This document shows positions 21,800 to 32,458 of a stretch of 42,503 nucleotides of DNA, piece by piece. Source of the stretch: a virus. Lineage: Duplodnaviria; Heunggongvirae; Uroviricota; Caudoviricetes. Both the position numbers and the translations under genes were made by a program. Each line of letters starts with the position of its first letter. Within the stretch, counting starts at the first letter, position 1. Location of the stretch: the IMG/VR virus record IMGVR_UViG_3300046047_000272; one strand, given 5' to 3'. The notes beneath the pieces are model-generated. The model was not told where the DNA came from, did no database searches, and saw only the letters and a list, made by a program, of their open reading frames with translations.

Positions 21800-23191
21800 A
21801 TGATGAGTAACAAGGACCTTTCTCCTGAATTCCTCAGCAAATTGAGTCAAGATGAAATTAATAAGCTGTTAAAGGAGGCCTACGCTCATAAACATGATCG
21901 AGACGAAGAGACGACTATGGACTTGGTGAATCGTATGAATGATGCCACACGATTGCAATCAGATTATCTTGCCAAGTCATTAGAAGCCATTACAACTATA
22001 GGTGGAAGTAATCAAGCAGAGGCCGTGAAGCCGCCTACATCAATGGCAGAAGAATTGTCCGGCGGCTCCAATAAGGGTATTGTCATTAACAAGACGCCAG
22101 ATCAAGTTCATGATGAGATCGATACCAGAACCGCTGAGGAGCAAGCTAAGGCGGACGCTGAGGAAAGGGCGAAGATCCTTGAGGAAGCATCAGATTCTCT
22201 CGCTAAGCTCACTGGATTGAAAGAAGTCAAGGATCAAGTCAAGGAATTACAAGCGACAATATCAGCTAATCAAATCAGAAAGTCTCTTGGCATGCTTGAC
22301 GAGAGTGATCCTGAGGCTGATGATATTGCCGTGCATCTCGCGTTGCTTGGTGCTCCAGGAACAGGTAAGACGACGGTTGCCAGAATCTACGCAAAATTGC
22401 TTCACGGTATTGGCTTGCTGAAAAAAGGTCATCTCGTCGAAACTGATCGATCAGGTCTTGTTGCAGAATATCAGGGTCAGACATCTCCTAAAACGAATAA
22501 GGTTATCGATGCAGCATTAGATGGCGTGTTATTCATTGACGAGGCTTACAATCTGAATACTGGTGAACAGGACACCTTCGGACAGGAAGCTATAGCTACG
22601 TTAATGAAGAGGATGGAGGACGATCGTGAAAGACTGGTCGTCATCATCGCTGGATATACAGACGTCACCGAGCACTTTCTTGACTCTAATCCTGGTCTTA
22701 GGTCAAGATTCGTGGAAAAAATCGAATTCCCGAATTACTCTAATAATGAATTAGTGATCATTGCAGAGAAAAAGGCTAAGGCTAAGGGCGTCATACTCAC
22801 CGATGCGAATAAGACCATTCTATTAGACGCCTTCAACACCCTCCGAACGACTGAGGCTTTTGCTAATGGCCGTACAGCACGAGTTCTTATTGATAATGCT
22901 ATTAAGGCTCAGTCACTAAGATTCACCACCTTACTACAATCGAATCCAGCAATGAGCGACGACGAGAAGAAAGCTGTTCTATCATCGTTTGATGAATCAG
23001 ATTTGAAGAGTTCAGCTAGTAAGACCATTGATATGAGTACATCTAAGCAGTCAGAGAAGAGTAAGATGCTAGATAATCGCTTAGAGCTGGCGAGAGCATT
23101 CAGTAAAGCCGGTGACGAAGTGACGAGGAAGTTACATAGTGATGTTGATACTGTGTCAGCATTGCAATCAGACCAGCATTCATCTGATTGA
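21800..23191 (+). CDS. CbbX/SpoVK/EccA-family AAA+ ATPase
   Basis: GAPGTGKTTVAR, LVETDRSGLVAEYQGQT, GVLFIDEAY, FGQEAI, NPGLRSRF, NGRTAR. Confidence 0.9.
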   Translation: MMSNKDLSPEFLSKLSQDEINKLLKEAYAHKHDRDEETTMDLVNRMNDATRLQSDYLAKSLEAITTIGGSNQAEAVKPPTSMAEELSGGSNKGIVINKTPDQVHDEIDTRTAEEQAKADAEERAKILEEASDSLAKLTGLKEVKDQVKELQATISANQIRKSLGMLDESDPEADDIAVHLALLGAPGTGKTTVARIYAKLLHGIGLLKKGHLVETDRSGLVAEYQGQTSPKTNKVIDAALDGVLFIDEAYNLNTGEQDTFGQEAIATLMKRMEDDRERLVVIIAGYTDVTEHFLDSNPGLRSRFVEKIEFPNYSNNELVIIAEKKAKAKGVILTDANKTILLDAFNTLRTTEAFANGRTARVLIDNAIKAQSLRFTTLLQSNPAMSDDEKKAVLSSFDESDLKSSASKTIDMSTSKQSEKSKMLDNRLELARAFSKAGDEVTRKLHSDVDTVSALQSDQHSSD

Positions 23192-23215
23192 TTCACACGA
23201 TATCCATTTGATGAA

Positions 23216-23250
23216 GAATAGCCCCATTGAATGTTCCGATGGGGCTATTC
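23216..23250 (+). terminator. hairpin/terminator
   Basis: GAATAGCCCCAT/ATGGGGCTATTC. Confidence 0.55.
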
Positions 23251-23327
23251 TCAGATAAGCCTCTAGATTCTTAGCGTCTTGATATCTAATTATTGTAATA
23301 GCCAATACCTAATTAAAGGAGATCATC

Positions 23328-23915
23328 TTGTCAGATTATCAGGATAACGTATTCAATGAAACCAACGATCAGCAGGGTGACGCCTTATCATTTGACGTTC
23401 CAGACGAGGTATCCCATGATGTGTCCGACCAGCCTAAGAAGAAATCATCTAAGAACACGAAGAGGGTCATTAGAAAGGCGAATATCACGCCTCAGGCTGT
23501 AGAAGCCGTATTAGCTTGGCGTGATCGTTTAGAGTCAGCTGATGATCGTACGAAGAACTTAGCTGCGGAATTATTGAATCTTAAGAATACTGATGAATCG
23601 AAATTCATTTCCGCTCTTATGGATAATGATACTGTGGCCATGGCGCGTAAGAGCATTAGTGAGGCGTTTGAATTATCACGATTATCAGATATGGGATTCG
23701 CCGTCGAGGTGGCTAAGGTTGATCGTACCGATCGTAGGGATCTCTGGGATCTAGAATCGAAGATTGATCCCGAGCTGGCGAACGTGTTAACGAATGGATC
23801 TAATAAGCTTCCTGTGAATGACCTTTATGAAGAAGTCAATCTTCTTCGTAGGATGCAGAAGGAATCAACAATCTTTAAGGACACGCTAGATGCTGTTACC
23901 GATCTTCTAGGATGA
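23328..23915 (+). CDS. hypothetical protein
   Basis: SD AAGGAG, TTG start; preceded by TCTTGATATCT at 23277. Confidence 0.72.
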   Translation: MSDYQDNVFNETNDQQGDALSFDVPDEVSHDVSDQPKKKSSKNTKRVIRKANITPQAVEAVLAWRDRLESADDRTKNLAAELLNLKNTDESKFISALMDNDTVAMARKSISEAFELSRLSDMGFAVEVAKVDRTDRRDLWDLESKIDPELANVLTNGSNKLPVNDLYEEVNLLRRMQKESTIFKDTLDAVTDLLG

Positions 23916-23967
23916 TGTTCCGGGCATGACGGTATTATGAGGAATACGATGAAGGAGAGAACATATT

Positions 23968-24759
23968 ATGGCAGAAGCATTGACTGATCGACAGAAAGAG
24001 TTAATTCGTCGTAGACGACGTGTGGCTAGACTGGTGTCATCAGGCAAGTCTAAAACTGATGTCGCTAAGAGTTTGAGTATTTCGACGCAGACGGTTACCC
24101 GAGACCTTCTCTGGATTAAAGAGCATGAATCGGAAAGACTCACGGCTAAGCCTAAATCTAAAACAAAGAAAACGCCTACTCGTAAGAAGAGTGGCGCTCA
24201 CTCATCGGTATCATCTACTCGTCCAAAGAAGACCGCGTCAGAAAAGATCGTCCAGAAAGACGATAATGACACTACAGCCTCAGACGTACAGAACCGCCGG
24301 TCTAACGGATCGGTAAAACCACCCGTACAATTACAGGTACGTGATGATAAAGACGAATCTGAGGCCGTTACAGAGTCTTTTAGAGCCATTCCACAGCAAT
24401 CTGAGGACGGATTTGATGAAGACGAGTCACAGACGTTCTCTGATGAGTTCAAGAAGACCATGAATCTCCTTGCTGACACGAAGCATACATCAGATTATCC
24501 AGATGTGCTGACCTGGTGGAAGAATGATTCTAGTACACCATCAGAAGCCGCAGAGGGCGAGAAGAGTTATGCTGACGCGACTCATTCAGACCTCAAATCA
24601 GCGGATCGAGAGGCCGATGCAATAGACGCCTTTAACGCTATACCCGATGAGGATAAGTATGTGTACATGAAACATGAAGTGCAGGCCGCAAGATTGAGTG
24701 TTATTATCGGCGGTGTGTTCATAGGCTTAATTCTTTTTATGTTCTCAATGCTTTCATAG
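23968..24759 (+). CDS. N-terminal HTH protein with a C-terminal transmembrane anchor
   Basis: RRRRVARLVSSGKSKTDVAKSLSISTQTVTRDL; terminal LSVIIGGVFIGLILFMFSML. Confidence 0.7.
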   Translation: MAEALTDRQKELIRRRRRVARLVSSGKSKTDVAKSLSISTQTVTRDLLWIKEHESERLTAKPKSKTKKTPTRKKSGAHSSVSSTRPKKTASEKIVQKDDNDTTASDVQNRRSNGSVKPPVQLQVRDDKDESEAVTESFRAIPQQSEDGFDEDESQTFSDEFKKTMNLLADTKHTSDYPDVLTWWKNDSSTPSEAAEGEKSYADATHSDLKSADREADAIDAFNAIPDEDKYVYMKHEVQAARLSVIIGGVFIGLILFMFSMLS

Positions 24760-24769
24760 GAAGGATGAT

Positions 24770-25627
24770 ATGCAAGACGATTGGTCTGAGGAAAGCCCTG
24801 CGTCGTGGAAGAGTTCTTGGATAGAAGACGATGAGAACGATGATGAGCCTGAATTAAGTGTCAGTCACGAGTACTATGATTTAGACGCAGCGGCCGGTAT
24901 GCCCATATGGGTAGACGAAGACACATTAGAATTCATCTTCTCCATTAGGTATAACTCTCCGGCATTCGATGGATCACTCCTTCAGGAAGACTATCGAATT
25001 ATGGCTCATAAGGCCTTCTCAGACCTTATCATTGATCTTATCAAGCAGAAGCTGAAGATGATGGCCGCACGACCAGATCTTTATGACATGAATAAGATGC
25101 GTGACCGAAAATATAATCTCACGACTATTAACACTGACAATATCATTGATATTGCTAAGAGTATGGGTATCAATCCCACGAAGACATCCGTTTTGACATT
25201 GGTCGCTGATGTGACCAGCGCATTAGAGAAAATTGTCATGCGGTCAATATCAGAAAGACCGGGCATGAATACTGCTGATAAGAATCTTGCTAAGAGTTTC
25301 TTGGAGAATCAGTTATGGGATGAAGACGCGCAATTACGATGGAGAGCAGTTCACGCTCATACATTAGCGGCCATGTATTCATATGACGCCTTACCTAAAA
25401 GCATTAAAATCCTCCATCATCTTGATGATTACATTCTTAGTGAAATGCACGATGGATCATTACAAGCGGCCAATCTTAATGTGACCTTTATGGACGCCTA
25501 TCTTAATGACGACGTTGTTCTCTATGTATTAGAAAGATTAGGTGACCCATATGATACGCGTGATGATGACATGATTATTGATGAGGCCATAGAGGATGTA
25601 CGAACCGGGGAATGGCAGGATTTCTAA
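24770..25627 (+). CDS. hypothetical protein
   Basis: 285-aa ORF, SD GGAAGGA. Confidence 0.7.
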   Translation: MQDDWSEESPASWKSSWIEDDENDDEPELSVSHEYYDLDAAAGMPIWVDEDTLEFIFSIRYNSPAFDGSLLQEDYRIMAHKAFSDLIIDLIKQKLKMMAARPDLYDMNKMRDRKYNLTTINTDNIIDIAKSMGINPTKTSVLTLVADVTSALEKIVMRSISERPGMNTADKNLAKSFLENQLWDEDAQLRWRAVHAHTLAAMYSYDALPKSIKILHHLDDYILSEMHDGSLQAANLNVTFMDAYLNDDVVLYVLERLGDPYDTRDDDMIIDEAIEDVRTGEWQDF

Positions 25628-25706
25628 TTAGACGACATCGTTTTCGTGAATATGATATAATATCGATACGATGCTATGATTATCGTAATAGGAAAGGATA
25701 CGATCG

Positions 25707-26354
25707 ATGAAACGATCAAATACATGGATACTCGACGTGCTTATCGTCTCCTTAGGCGTCATCGGTGGGGTGCTCATGATTTTTGACATGCATCTCTTCA
25801 TCATGTATCTTATTGGATTGGGCATTGTTTCCTGTATAGCCATTGGCGTATCCATACCTATAGCCATGATGATTAGAAAAACTAAATTCAGACGCGAGAT
25901 CAAAGCCATGAGAAAAAAGCAACACGATCTCGACATTGCTCGCCAGCAAGACGCTGAACGAACCAGGGACGCTCTTGATAATGTTGACACGACGTCTCCA
26001 GTAACCTATCTACAGGATAGAGCCCAACATGGCAATATAACCGCGTCTAACATCATATCGATGTATAAGAAACTTGAAGTCCTCCGCCTTAGAAACGATA
26101 TGTCCGTTGACTCTTTACGTGAACAATATCAGAATAGATTTGAGGCTCTTAATAGTCTCATGGATTTCCAGCAGGATATGCATCAGGACGCCTCATTGTA
26201 TACGATGACACCAGATGAAGCTCGCAGTATGATTAACAAATCAGCTACAGCATTAGAACGATCATTACGCGATGATATTAAACAGATCGTTGATAATCAG
26301 ACTATGAAAGCCCAGGCTGCGGCCGATTATCTCACTGCGGAGTCATCCATCTGA
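25707..26354 (+). CDS. two-TM membrane protein with a helical C-terminus (possibly XpaC-like)
   Basis: Two hydrophobic segments followed by coiled-coil-like sequence. Confidence 0.65.
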   Translation: MKRSNTWILDVLIVSLGVIGGVLMIFDMHLFIMYLIGLGIVSCIAIGVSIPIAMMIRKTKFRREIKAMRKKQHDLDIARQQDAERTRDALDNVDTTSPVTYLQDRAQHGNITASNIISMYKKLEVLRLRNDMSVDSLREQYQNRFEALNSLMDFQQDMHQDASLYTMTPDEARSMINKSATALERSLRDDIKQIVDNQTMKAQAAADYLTAESSI

Positions 26355-26447
26355 CAGCGTAAGACCTTTCAGCCTATGGCGTGTCTAATCGCGCGTATAT
26401 GATACAATAGATTCTACTATCAAATACTGATAAGATGGAGATGTATC

Positions 26448-26987
26448 ATGCGTCAAGAACAACAGGACACTCAGAGGATACCCGTAATACAACCAGTCAT
26501 ATATGACAAGGATGAACCAGCGTCATCTAAGAATAAGAAGACCATTCCTACTTGGATCTGGGTAATCATTGGCTTCATTGTCGTTATCATTATCATGAAT
26601 ATGATCACTGGTGGTCATCAAACCACATCATCAGCAACACCATCAGCGTCGACATCGACCTCTCAGCCAGCAGTAAGAAAAACGATGAAAACTATTGCTC
26701 TTGACGGTCTCGCGGGTCAGAAATGGTCCAACGCTAAGAAGATCATTCTTTCACGAGGGGCCATTGTAGAAGACGCCGTTGTTCTTACAGACGATGGTAA
26801 GGAGCCAGTGATTGATAGTAATTGGACGGTAGACTCCGTAGCAAGAGACACGAATGGTCAGGTGACTATTCATCTCAAGCATGATACGAATACTGATGTC
26901 AGTGGCGTTGCTGGTGACCTTAAGAACAAGGTGTCAGACGCTTACACCAATCTTACCGACGGATCTATTGGTCTGGGTAAGCATTGA
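26448..26987 (+). CDS. membrane protein with a PASTA-like domain
   Basis: Single TM, Ser/Thr linker, DGLAGQKWSNAKKIILSRG. Confidence 0.6.
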   Translation: MRQEQQDTQRIPVIQPVIYDKDEPASSKNKKTIPTWIWVIIGFIVVIIIMNMITGGHQTTSSATPSASTSTSQPAVRKTMKTIALDGLAGQKWSNAKKIILSRGAIVEDAVVLTDDGKEPVIDSNWTVDSVARDTNGQVTIHLKHDTNTDVSGVAGDLKNKVSDAYTNLTDGSIGLGKH

Positions 26988-27239
26988 GCCGTAGTCCGAC
27001 TAGCCGGTTTCCTATAATCCATCATCCGATGATACAATAGTATGGTTCCATATAGGATGATTGGAGAGAAGAATGCCTAGAATGCAGTATCGGCCGCAAG
27101 GCGGACATGATCGAGAGCACAATCAGCAGGAGAGGATTAGCGTGAATGGAAACAGTATGATGTCATTTGTCACATCATCGAATACAATTACTATTCCGCT
27201 CGTCAGCGTCCTTGAGTTCATGATGGGATCTAAGCGATT

Positions 27240-27725
27240 ATGACGGCTATTCACACCAATGATTATCGACAATTACGCGATAAAGACATGGCTATTTATC
27301 AGATTGGTAAAGACTCTAATACCATGTTAACGCAGGACATTGTTGAGCAGACGGGACGAAGGAGTCATGTTCGTCTGAAGGTCAATGGACACGATATTGA
27401 GGAATTTGCTAATTCTGATGAATTAGAATTATTAGGATTCGTTCGTCTTGAATACCATGACGATATTCCTCATTTGAATGTGAAGAAAACCAATATAGCC
27501 TATCTGATGGAGACTCTTAGATTTGCTTTAGGTGATTGGTATCATAGTGAGCTTCTTCGTCAATCAATATGGATGGATCTCGATGGCTCGTTCGCCAGAT
27601 CGAGGAAAATCAATAAACGTCTTGCGGAATCGTGCATGGCCACTCTGAGAGACGTATACGACGCTAAGTTCTCGTCATCTTGGTTTGATGCTATGGAGAA
27701 TTATGCGAAGGAACAAGTGTTCTGA
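27240..27725 (+). CDS. hypothetical protein
   Basis: 161-aa ORF, no recognised motif. Confidence 0.6.
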   Translation: MTAIHTNDYRQLRDKDMAIYQIGKDSNTMLTQDIVEQTGRRSHVRLKVNGHDIEEFANSDELELLGFVRLEYHDDIPHLNVKKTNIAYLMETLRFALGDWYHSELLRQSIWMDLDGSFARSRKINKRLAESCMATLRDVYDAKFSSSWFDAMENYAKEQVF

Positions 27726-27820
27726 TAGGCTTAGATGGTAACAGTTGTAACGATATCTACCATACAGTGGTATAATGCTATTATAGTTGATGACGTTGAT
27801 TCACATAAGGAGAATTATAG

Positions 27821-29959
27821 GTGGCTATGAATAAGACCGCATCAGTTGATGCTGATAACTACACCGCGGACGATATCCTGCATTTCGAGTATCCATTATC
27901 GATATGGAAGCGACCATCCATGTATCTTGGTGAACGTGGAGGACAGCAATCAGTTGGTATTAGAGAGTTGACCGATAACGCGACCCAAGAAGGCCTACGT
28001 GGATTCGCTGATCGTGTTCGAGTGGTCTTTAATGAAGATGGGTCAATCATCGTTCAAGACAATGGACGAGGACTTCCTGTTGACATGAACAAGAAGAGCC
28101 ATGAGAATGGTATCATCCTGACGATGGCCACACTTCACGCAGGTGCAAACTTCAAGTCAGACGTTAAGGCTGGGCAAGCTGGAGCTGGTCTTAACGGTGT
28201 TGGCGCATCTGTTACGAACGCCTTATCGAAACGATTCGACGTCCTCGTCTATCGTAATGGTAAAACCCATAGTCTGTCCTTCCAGAATGGCTATGCTGGA
28301 CACTTCACTGGTGATGGGCCTGACGCTGACTTCACGAAGAGTGATGATATCGTAGTTACTAAGGACAATCGTCCCGCGTCAGAGAAAAAGTCTTGGAAAA
28401 CAGGGACATGGATTCGTCTATGGTATAACAAGGAGCGATTCCCAGAGGACGAGCATGTCGATAGGGACGATCTTATTGAGCGATTACGTGGTGTCAGTTA
28501 CATCATTCCGAAGCTGCACATTGACATTCAGGATAGAATGCGTGTCAACGAGGATGGATCTCCTTATGAATACTCCTTCTACTCAGAATATGGCATCCCA
28601 GAATTCGTAGAGAACACGGCCCCCGATGAATTACTTCCAGAGTCAAATACGAATGGCTCAGAGTTTGAGAAGAAGGGCATTTACAGTATTAGCGTTGAGG
28701 GTCATTATCAAGAGCACACAACTGACGAACATGGTAAGGCGATTATCGCTGATCGAACAGTCACGGCTGATCTCGCCATGAGATGGGGTATCGGTTATGA
28801 GAAGACCCTGAAATCCTATGTCAATACGATCCAAACACATAATGGAGGCATTCATGAGGAGGCCTTCGAGAATTCCTTAACGAGGAGCGTCGTCAAGAAG
28901 ATGGACTCCATGAGGAGCGTCTTAACGAAGAAGGACGAGACGCCAATATCCGATGACGTACTATCTGGTGCTACAGTGATCCTATCAGTCAATGTACCCG
29001 AGCCACAGTTCGTTGGTCAGCAGAAGGATAAATTGTCTGGGCCTGAGGTCAAGAAAGCTCTTACAACCGCGTTGTCCAAGGGATTAAGCGACCTATTCGA
29101 CTCGAATAAGAGTTTGCCGGCCTTTCGGGCAATCTTCGACAAAATTAAGACCACGGCTAATGACCGGCGTTCTGCTGATGAAGCGAAACTGTTGAAGCGT
29201 CAGTCACACCGAGTAACTAGTGCCTCGCTGCCAGCCAAACTATCCGATTGTGATATGGTTGGTTCCTCAGAATCAGAGTTACTGATTTGTGAGGGTGATT
29301 CAGCCGCGGGAACAATTGTGAAGGCTCGTGACGCGACGTATCAGGCTGTCATTCCTATTCGAGGTAAGATTCTGAATTGTCTGAAAGCGTCGATGAGACA
29401 AATTCTGAAGAACACGGAGATTGCTGACATTGCTAAGGCTCTAGGCGCAGGTATGGGCGACACGTTCGACTCTGATAAACTTCGATATGGGCGAGTTATC
29501 TTCGCTGCTGATGCTGATGTGGATGGATTACAGATTGATAATCTGCTCTATACGGTTTTCAATAGATTATTCCATGATATGATCGTTGAGGGCAGGGTGT
29601 TCCAGGCCGTATCACCATTATACGAGATTCGTTCTGGCTCTGGAAAGAACCAATCCACGTTCTATGCTATTGATGGTGATGAACGTGATAAAATTACTAA
29701 GCGGCTTGATGCTCAGAAGAAGACGTATAAGGTTGATCGTGATAAGGGACTCGGTGAGATGGAGCCAGATGACTTCTGGAATGCTGTGCTTGATCCTGAA
29801 CAACGAACCTTGAAGCGAATTACTCTTGATGACGTGGCTCAGGCTGAGGAGGCGTTGACCTTAACGATGGATGATTCATCTGACGAGAAGAAGGATTTTA
29901 TGGGCGACAACTTCCAAGTAGCTATTGACACTGGGCTCATTGAAGGCTTCGGAGACTGA
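27821..29959 (+). CDS. type IIA topoisomerase subunit B (GyrB/ParE family)
   Basis: RPSMYLG, ELTDNA, DNGRGLP, GLNGVGASVTNALS, EGDSA, PIRGKILN, DADVDG, KGLGEM. Confidence 0.95.
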   Translation: MAMNKTASVDADNYTADDILHFEYPLSIWKRPSMYLGERGGQQSVGIRELTDNATQEGLRGFADRVRVVFNEDGSIIVQDNGRGLPVDMNKKSHENGIILTMATLHAGANFKSDVKAGQAGAGLNGVGASVTNALSKRFDVLVYRNGKTHSLSFQNGYAGHFTGDGPDADFTKSDDIVVTKDNRPASEKKSWKTGTWIRLWYNKERFPEDEHVDRDDLIERLRGVSYIIPKLHIDIQDRMRVNEDGSPYEYSFYSEYGIPEFVENTAPDELLPESNTNGSEFEKKGIYSISVEGHYQEHTTDEHGKAIIADRTVTADLAMRWGIGYEKTLKSYVNTIQTHNGGIHEEAFENSLTRSVVKKMDSMRSVLTKKDETPISDDVLSGATVILSVNVPEPQFVGQQKDKLSGPEVKKALTTALSKGLSDLFDSNKSLPAFRAIFDKIKTTANDRRSADEAKLLKRQSHRVTSASLPAKLSDCDMVGSSESELLICEGDSAAGTIVKARDATYQAVIPIRGKILNCLKASMRQILKNTEIADIAKALGAGMGDTFDSDKLRYGRVIFAADADVDGLQIDNLLYTVFNRLFHDMIVEGRVFQAVSPLYEIRSGSGKNQSTFYAIDGDERDKITKRLDAQKKTYKVDRDKGLGEMEPDDFWNAVLDPEQRTLKRITLDDVAQAEEALTLTMDDSSDEKKDFMGDNFQVAIDTGLIEGFGD

Positions 29960-29980
29960 TAAGGAGAGGTATAAGACAAA

Positions 29981-32389
29981 ATGGTGCGTAAGAAGAAGAA
30001 TCATAGTGAATTGACGGAGGAATCCCGTCTGAAATTCACGAAGGTCGCTAAGAATCTACAGGTTGTGTCGACACAGGACTGGTTGAAGACGAACTTCATT
30101 CCCTATGCCTGGTCATACACACTTGACCGAGCATTAGTTGATGTCTCCGGATTGAAGCCAGTGCAACGTAGAATTCTGTATACCATGTTCAAAAGGGGTC
30201 TCAGCCCGACCAGTAACAGAGTCAAGGTGGCGACGTTAGGCGGAGCGGTGCTGCAATTCCATCCTCACGGTGATGCGTCGGTCGTTCAGGCTCTGAAGAA
30301 CATCGAACGAAAACACATTTTCAGGGTGCCATTAATCGATGGTAAGGGAGATTTTGGATCCATCGGTATGCCCGGCGCCGCTGGTCGTTATATCGAGGCT
30401 CGACTGTCTAAAGCTGCTTGGTTGAACGTTGAGGATATTAGCCAGAACGCTGTAGAAATGATCCCCAATTATGACAATACAACAGTTGAGCCAAAGCGTA
30501 TTCCCGTCAAATGGCCTGTTGGCGTCATTAACGGTGGATCTGGAATGGCTATCGCTTACGCGTCGAAGATTCCATCTCATAATCCTGGTGAGATTATGAA
30601 GGCGTGTATCGAATTAGTTAAGAATCCAAACGCAACGCATAGGAAATTAGAATCGATTATTAAGGGTCCTGACTTCGCTATGGGTGGTGTTATTGTCAGT
30701 AATGATGGTATCAAGGATTATCTAGAGACTGGTTCTGGAACGTTCACGCTGAGATCAAAGTATGAGCTCATACCAATGAAGCGTGGCGCGTATCGAATCG
30801 AATATTATGAGATTCCATTCGGTACGAATCCTGAGAAGATTATTGAGGACATTCAGAAGCAAATGGATAAGGGGAATCTTAAGGAGATCTCTAATTATAA
30901 GAACCTTTCTGATTTGAAGCATCCTGTCCGCATGATTGTTGAGGTGAAAGCCGGTTCTCAAATTAAGAAGGTCATTGAGGATCTCTTCAGGATGACCTCG
31001 TTGCAGATACGATTCTCAGTGAATATGACGACCATCGTCAATAATCGTCCTGAACAATTGCCTATGAGGGATATCCTATTAGACTTTATCGAATTCAGAA
31101 AGCTATGCATTGTTAATAAGACCAAATACATCCTTTCTAAAAAGCAAGACCGCCTCCATCTTATTGATGGATTAATGAAGGTTCTACTAGATATTGACGC
31201 TACCATCAAAATTATTCGTGGTGCAGACAATGTGGATATTGCTCGTGAGAAACTGGCGAAGAAATTCCATATTGATGATGATCAAGCGAATTACGTCCTG
31301 TCATTGCAATTGCGTCGATTGACGAAGATGGATAAGCTAGAGTTGAATAACGAACACGATCAGCTGATTGACGAGGTTACATCAATGACTGATCTTATCA
31401 GTGACGGCACAAAGCTGAACGATTATCTTATCAAGGAGTTCAAGGAGACACTGAAAGTCATTGACGATGAACGCTGTACGGAGATTTCTGATCTCAGTGA
31501 CGAGGAGTTCAATAATCAAAAGACGACAGAGGTCAAGCAGATGAAAGCCGCTGGTAAGGGTGTGAAGACCTACGTGTACCAATTAGCTGACGGATCAATC
31601 TTCAAGACTCCGGTGAAACTGTCCACGGCAAAGGATCTAGAACAATCTAATCCTAGTCTTAAAGCCACGCCAATCACGTCAATGATGACCATGCCAGGTA
31701 ATGCTGACATGGCTGTCCTTGATTCATCTGGACAGGCTTACACAACAAGCTTGCTCAGTATCGAGGATAATAAGAGCATCGACTTGAAGAAAAGTGGACT
31801 TCATCCTAATAAGCACACTAAGCCATTACTTACCATTGGTGATGGAGAATCAACGATCCTACTGGTAACGAAGACAGGAAGAACCAGACATATTAAGGTA
31901 GACAATGTCGGTAAGTGGTCTTCTACTGATGTCGTTAAACTAGATGATGGGGATGATATTGTTGGAGCTGTTGACACGTCGTCAGCAGTCAAGGGGTCAA
32001 CGGTTATTATGGTTAGTAAACGTGGTAAGGTTCTACGATTCCCTCTAGATACATTGAAACCCTGTAATGCTGGATGTCAGACTGTAGCCGGTATGAGATT
32101 AGGTAAGGGTGACGAGGTTGCATCAGTGACTATCGCTCGTCCAGATGCTGAGGTTATTGTAACGACATCAAGTGTGACGGCTAAGGCTACGCCAGCGAAA
32201 GATATTCCCGTCCAGAGTAGAGGTGGCGGCGGATCTAAGTTGCATCCAATCCTTGCTACTGATAGTATCGATCAGCTAGCCGTTGATCCAGTATTCGTAT
32301 ATCATGGTAAGATTGTCCCTGCACCAGCGCCATCAGCTAGAGCAAGTCGTCCAGCGCCAATGCGAAAAGGCACCTTATTGTCTATGTGA
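29981..32389 (+). CDS. type IIA topoisomerase subunit A (GyrA/ParC family)
   Basis: DVSGLKPVQRRILY, HPHGD, AAGRY (catalytic Tyr), IPSHN, KGPDF; partial beta-pinwheel C-terminal domain. Confidence 0.95.
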   Translation: MVRKKKNHSELTEESRLKFTKVAKNLQVVSTQDWLKTNFIPYAWSYTLDRALVDVSGLKPVQRRILYTMFKRGLSPTSNRVKVATLGGAVLQFHPHGDASVVQALKNIERKHIFRVPLIDGKGDFGSIGMPGAAGRYIEARLSKAAWLNVEDISQNAVEMIPNYDNTTVEPKRIPVKWPVGVINGGSGMAIAYASKIPSHNPGEIMKACIELVKNPNATHRKLESIIKGPDFAMGGVIVSNDGIKDYLETGSGTFTLRSKYELIPMKRGAYRIEYYEIPFGTNPEKIIEDIQKQMDKGNLKEISNYKNLSDLKHPVRMIVEVKAGSQIKKVIEDLFRMTSLQIRFSVNMTTIVNNRPEQLPMRDILLDFIEFRKLCIVNKTKYILSKKQDRLHLIDGLMKVLLDIDATIKIIRGADNVDIAREKLAKKFHIDDDQANYVLSLQLRRLTKMDKLELNNEHDQLIDEVTSMTDLISDGTKLNDYLIKEFKETLKVIDDERCTEISDLSDEEFNNQKTTEVKQMKAAGKGVKTYVYQLADGSIFKTPVKLSTAKDLEQSNPSLKATPITSMMTMPGNADMAVLDSSGQAYTTSLLSIEDNKSIDLKKSGLHPNKHTKPLLTIGDGESTILLVTKTGRTRHIKVDNVGKWSSTDVVKLDDGDDIVGAVDTSSAVKGSTVIMVSKRGKVLRFPLDTLKPCNAGCQTVAGMRLGKGDEVASVTIARPDAEVIVTTSSVTAKATPAKDIPVQSRGGGGSKLHPILATDSIDQLAVDPVFVYHGKIVPAPAPSARASRPAPMRKGTLLSM

Positions 32390-32406
32390 GATAGAATGGA
32401 TGAAAA

Positions 32407-32451
32407 GATGTCCGCACATCATGACTTTGATGTGCGGACATCTTGATATCT
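32407..32451 (+). promoter_or_regulatory. terminator-like hairpin overlapping a TCTTGATATCT motif
   Basis: GATGTCCGCACATCA/TGATGTGCGGACATC; motif 32441-32451 sits 7 nt before ATG 32459. Confidence 0.55.
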
Positions 32452-32458
32452 ACATGTT

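Noticed and set aside
29981-32389. Assigning gyrase versus topoisomerase IV
   Set aside because: The C-terminal domain is shortened and the only GyrA-box-like string (QSRGGGG) is near the C-terminus; a phylogeny is needed.
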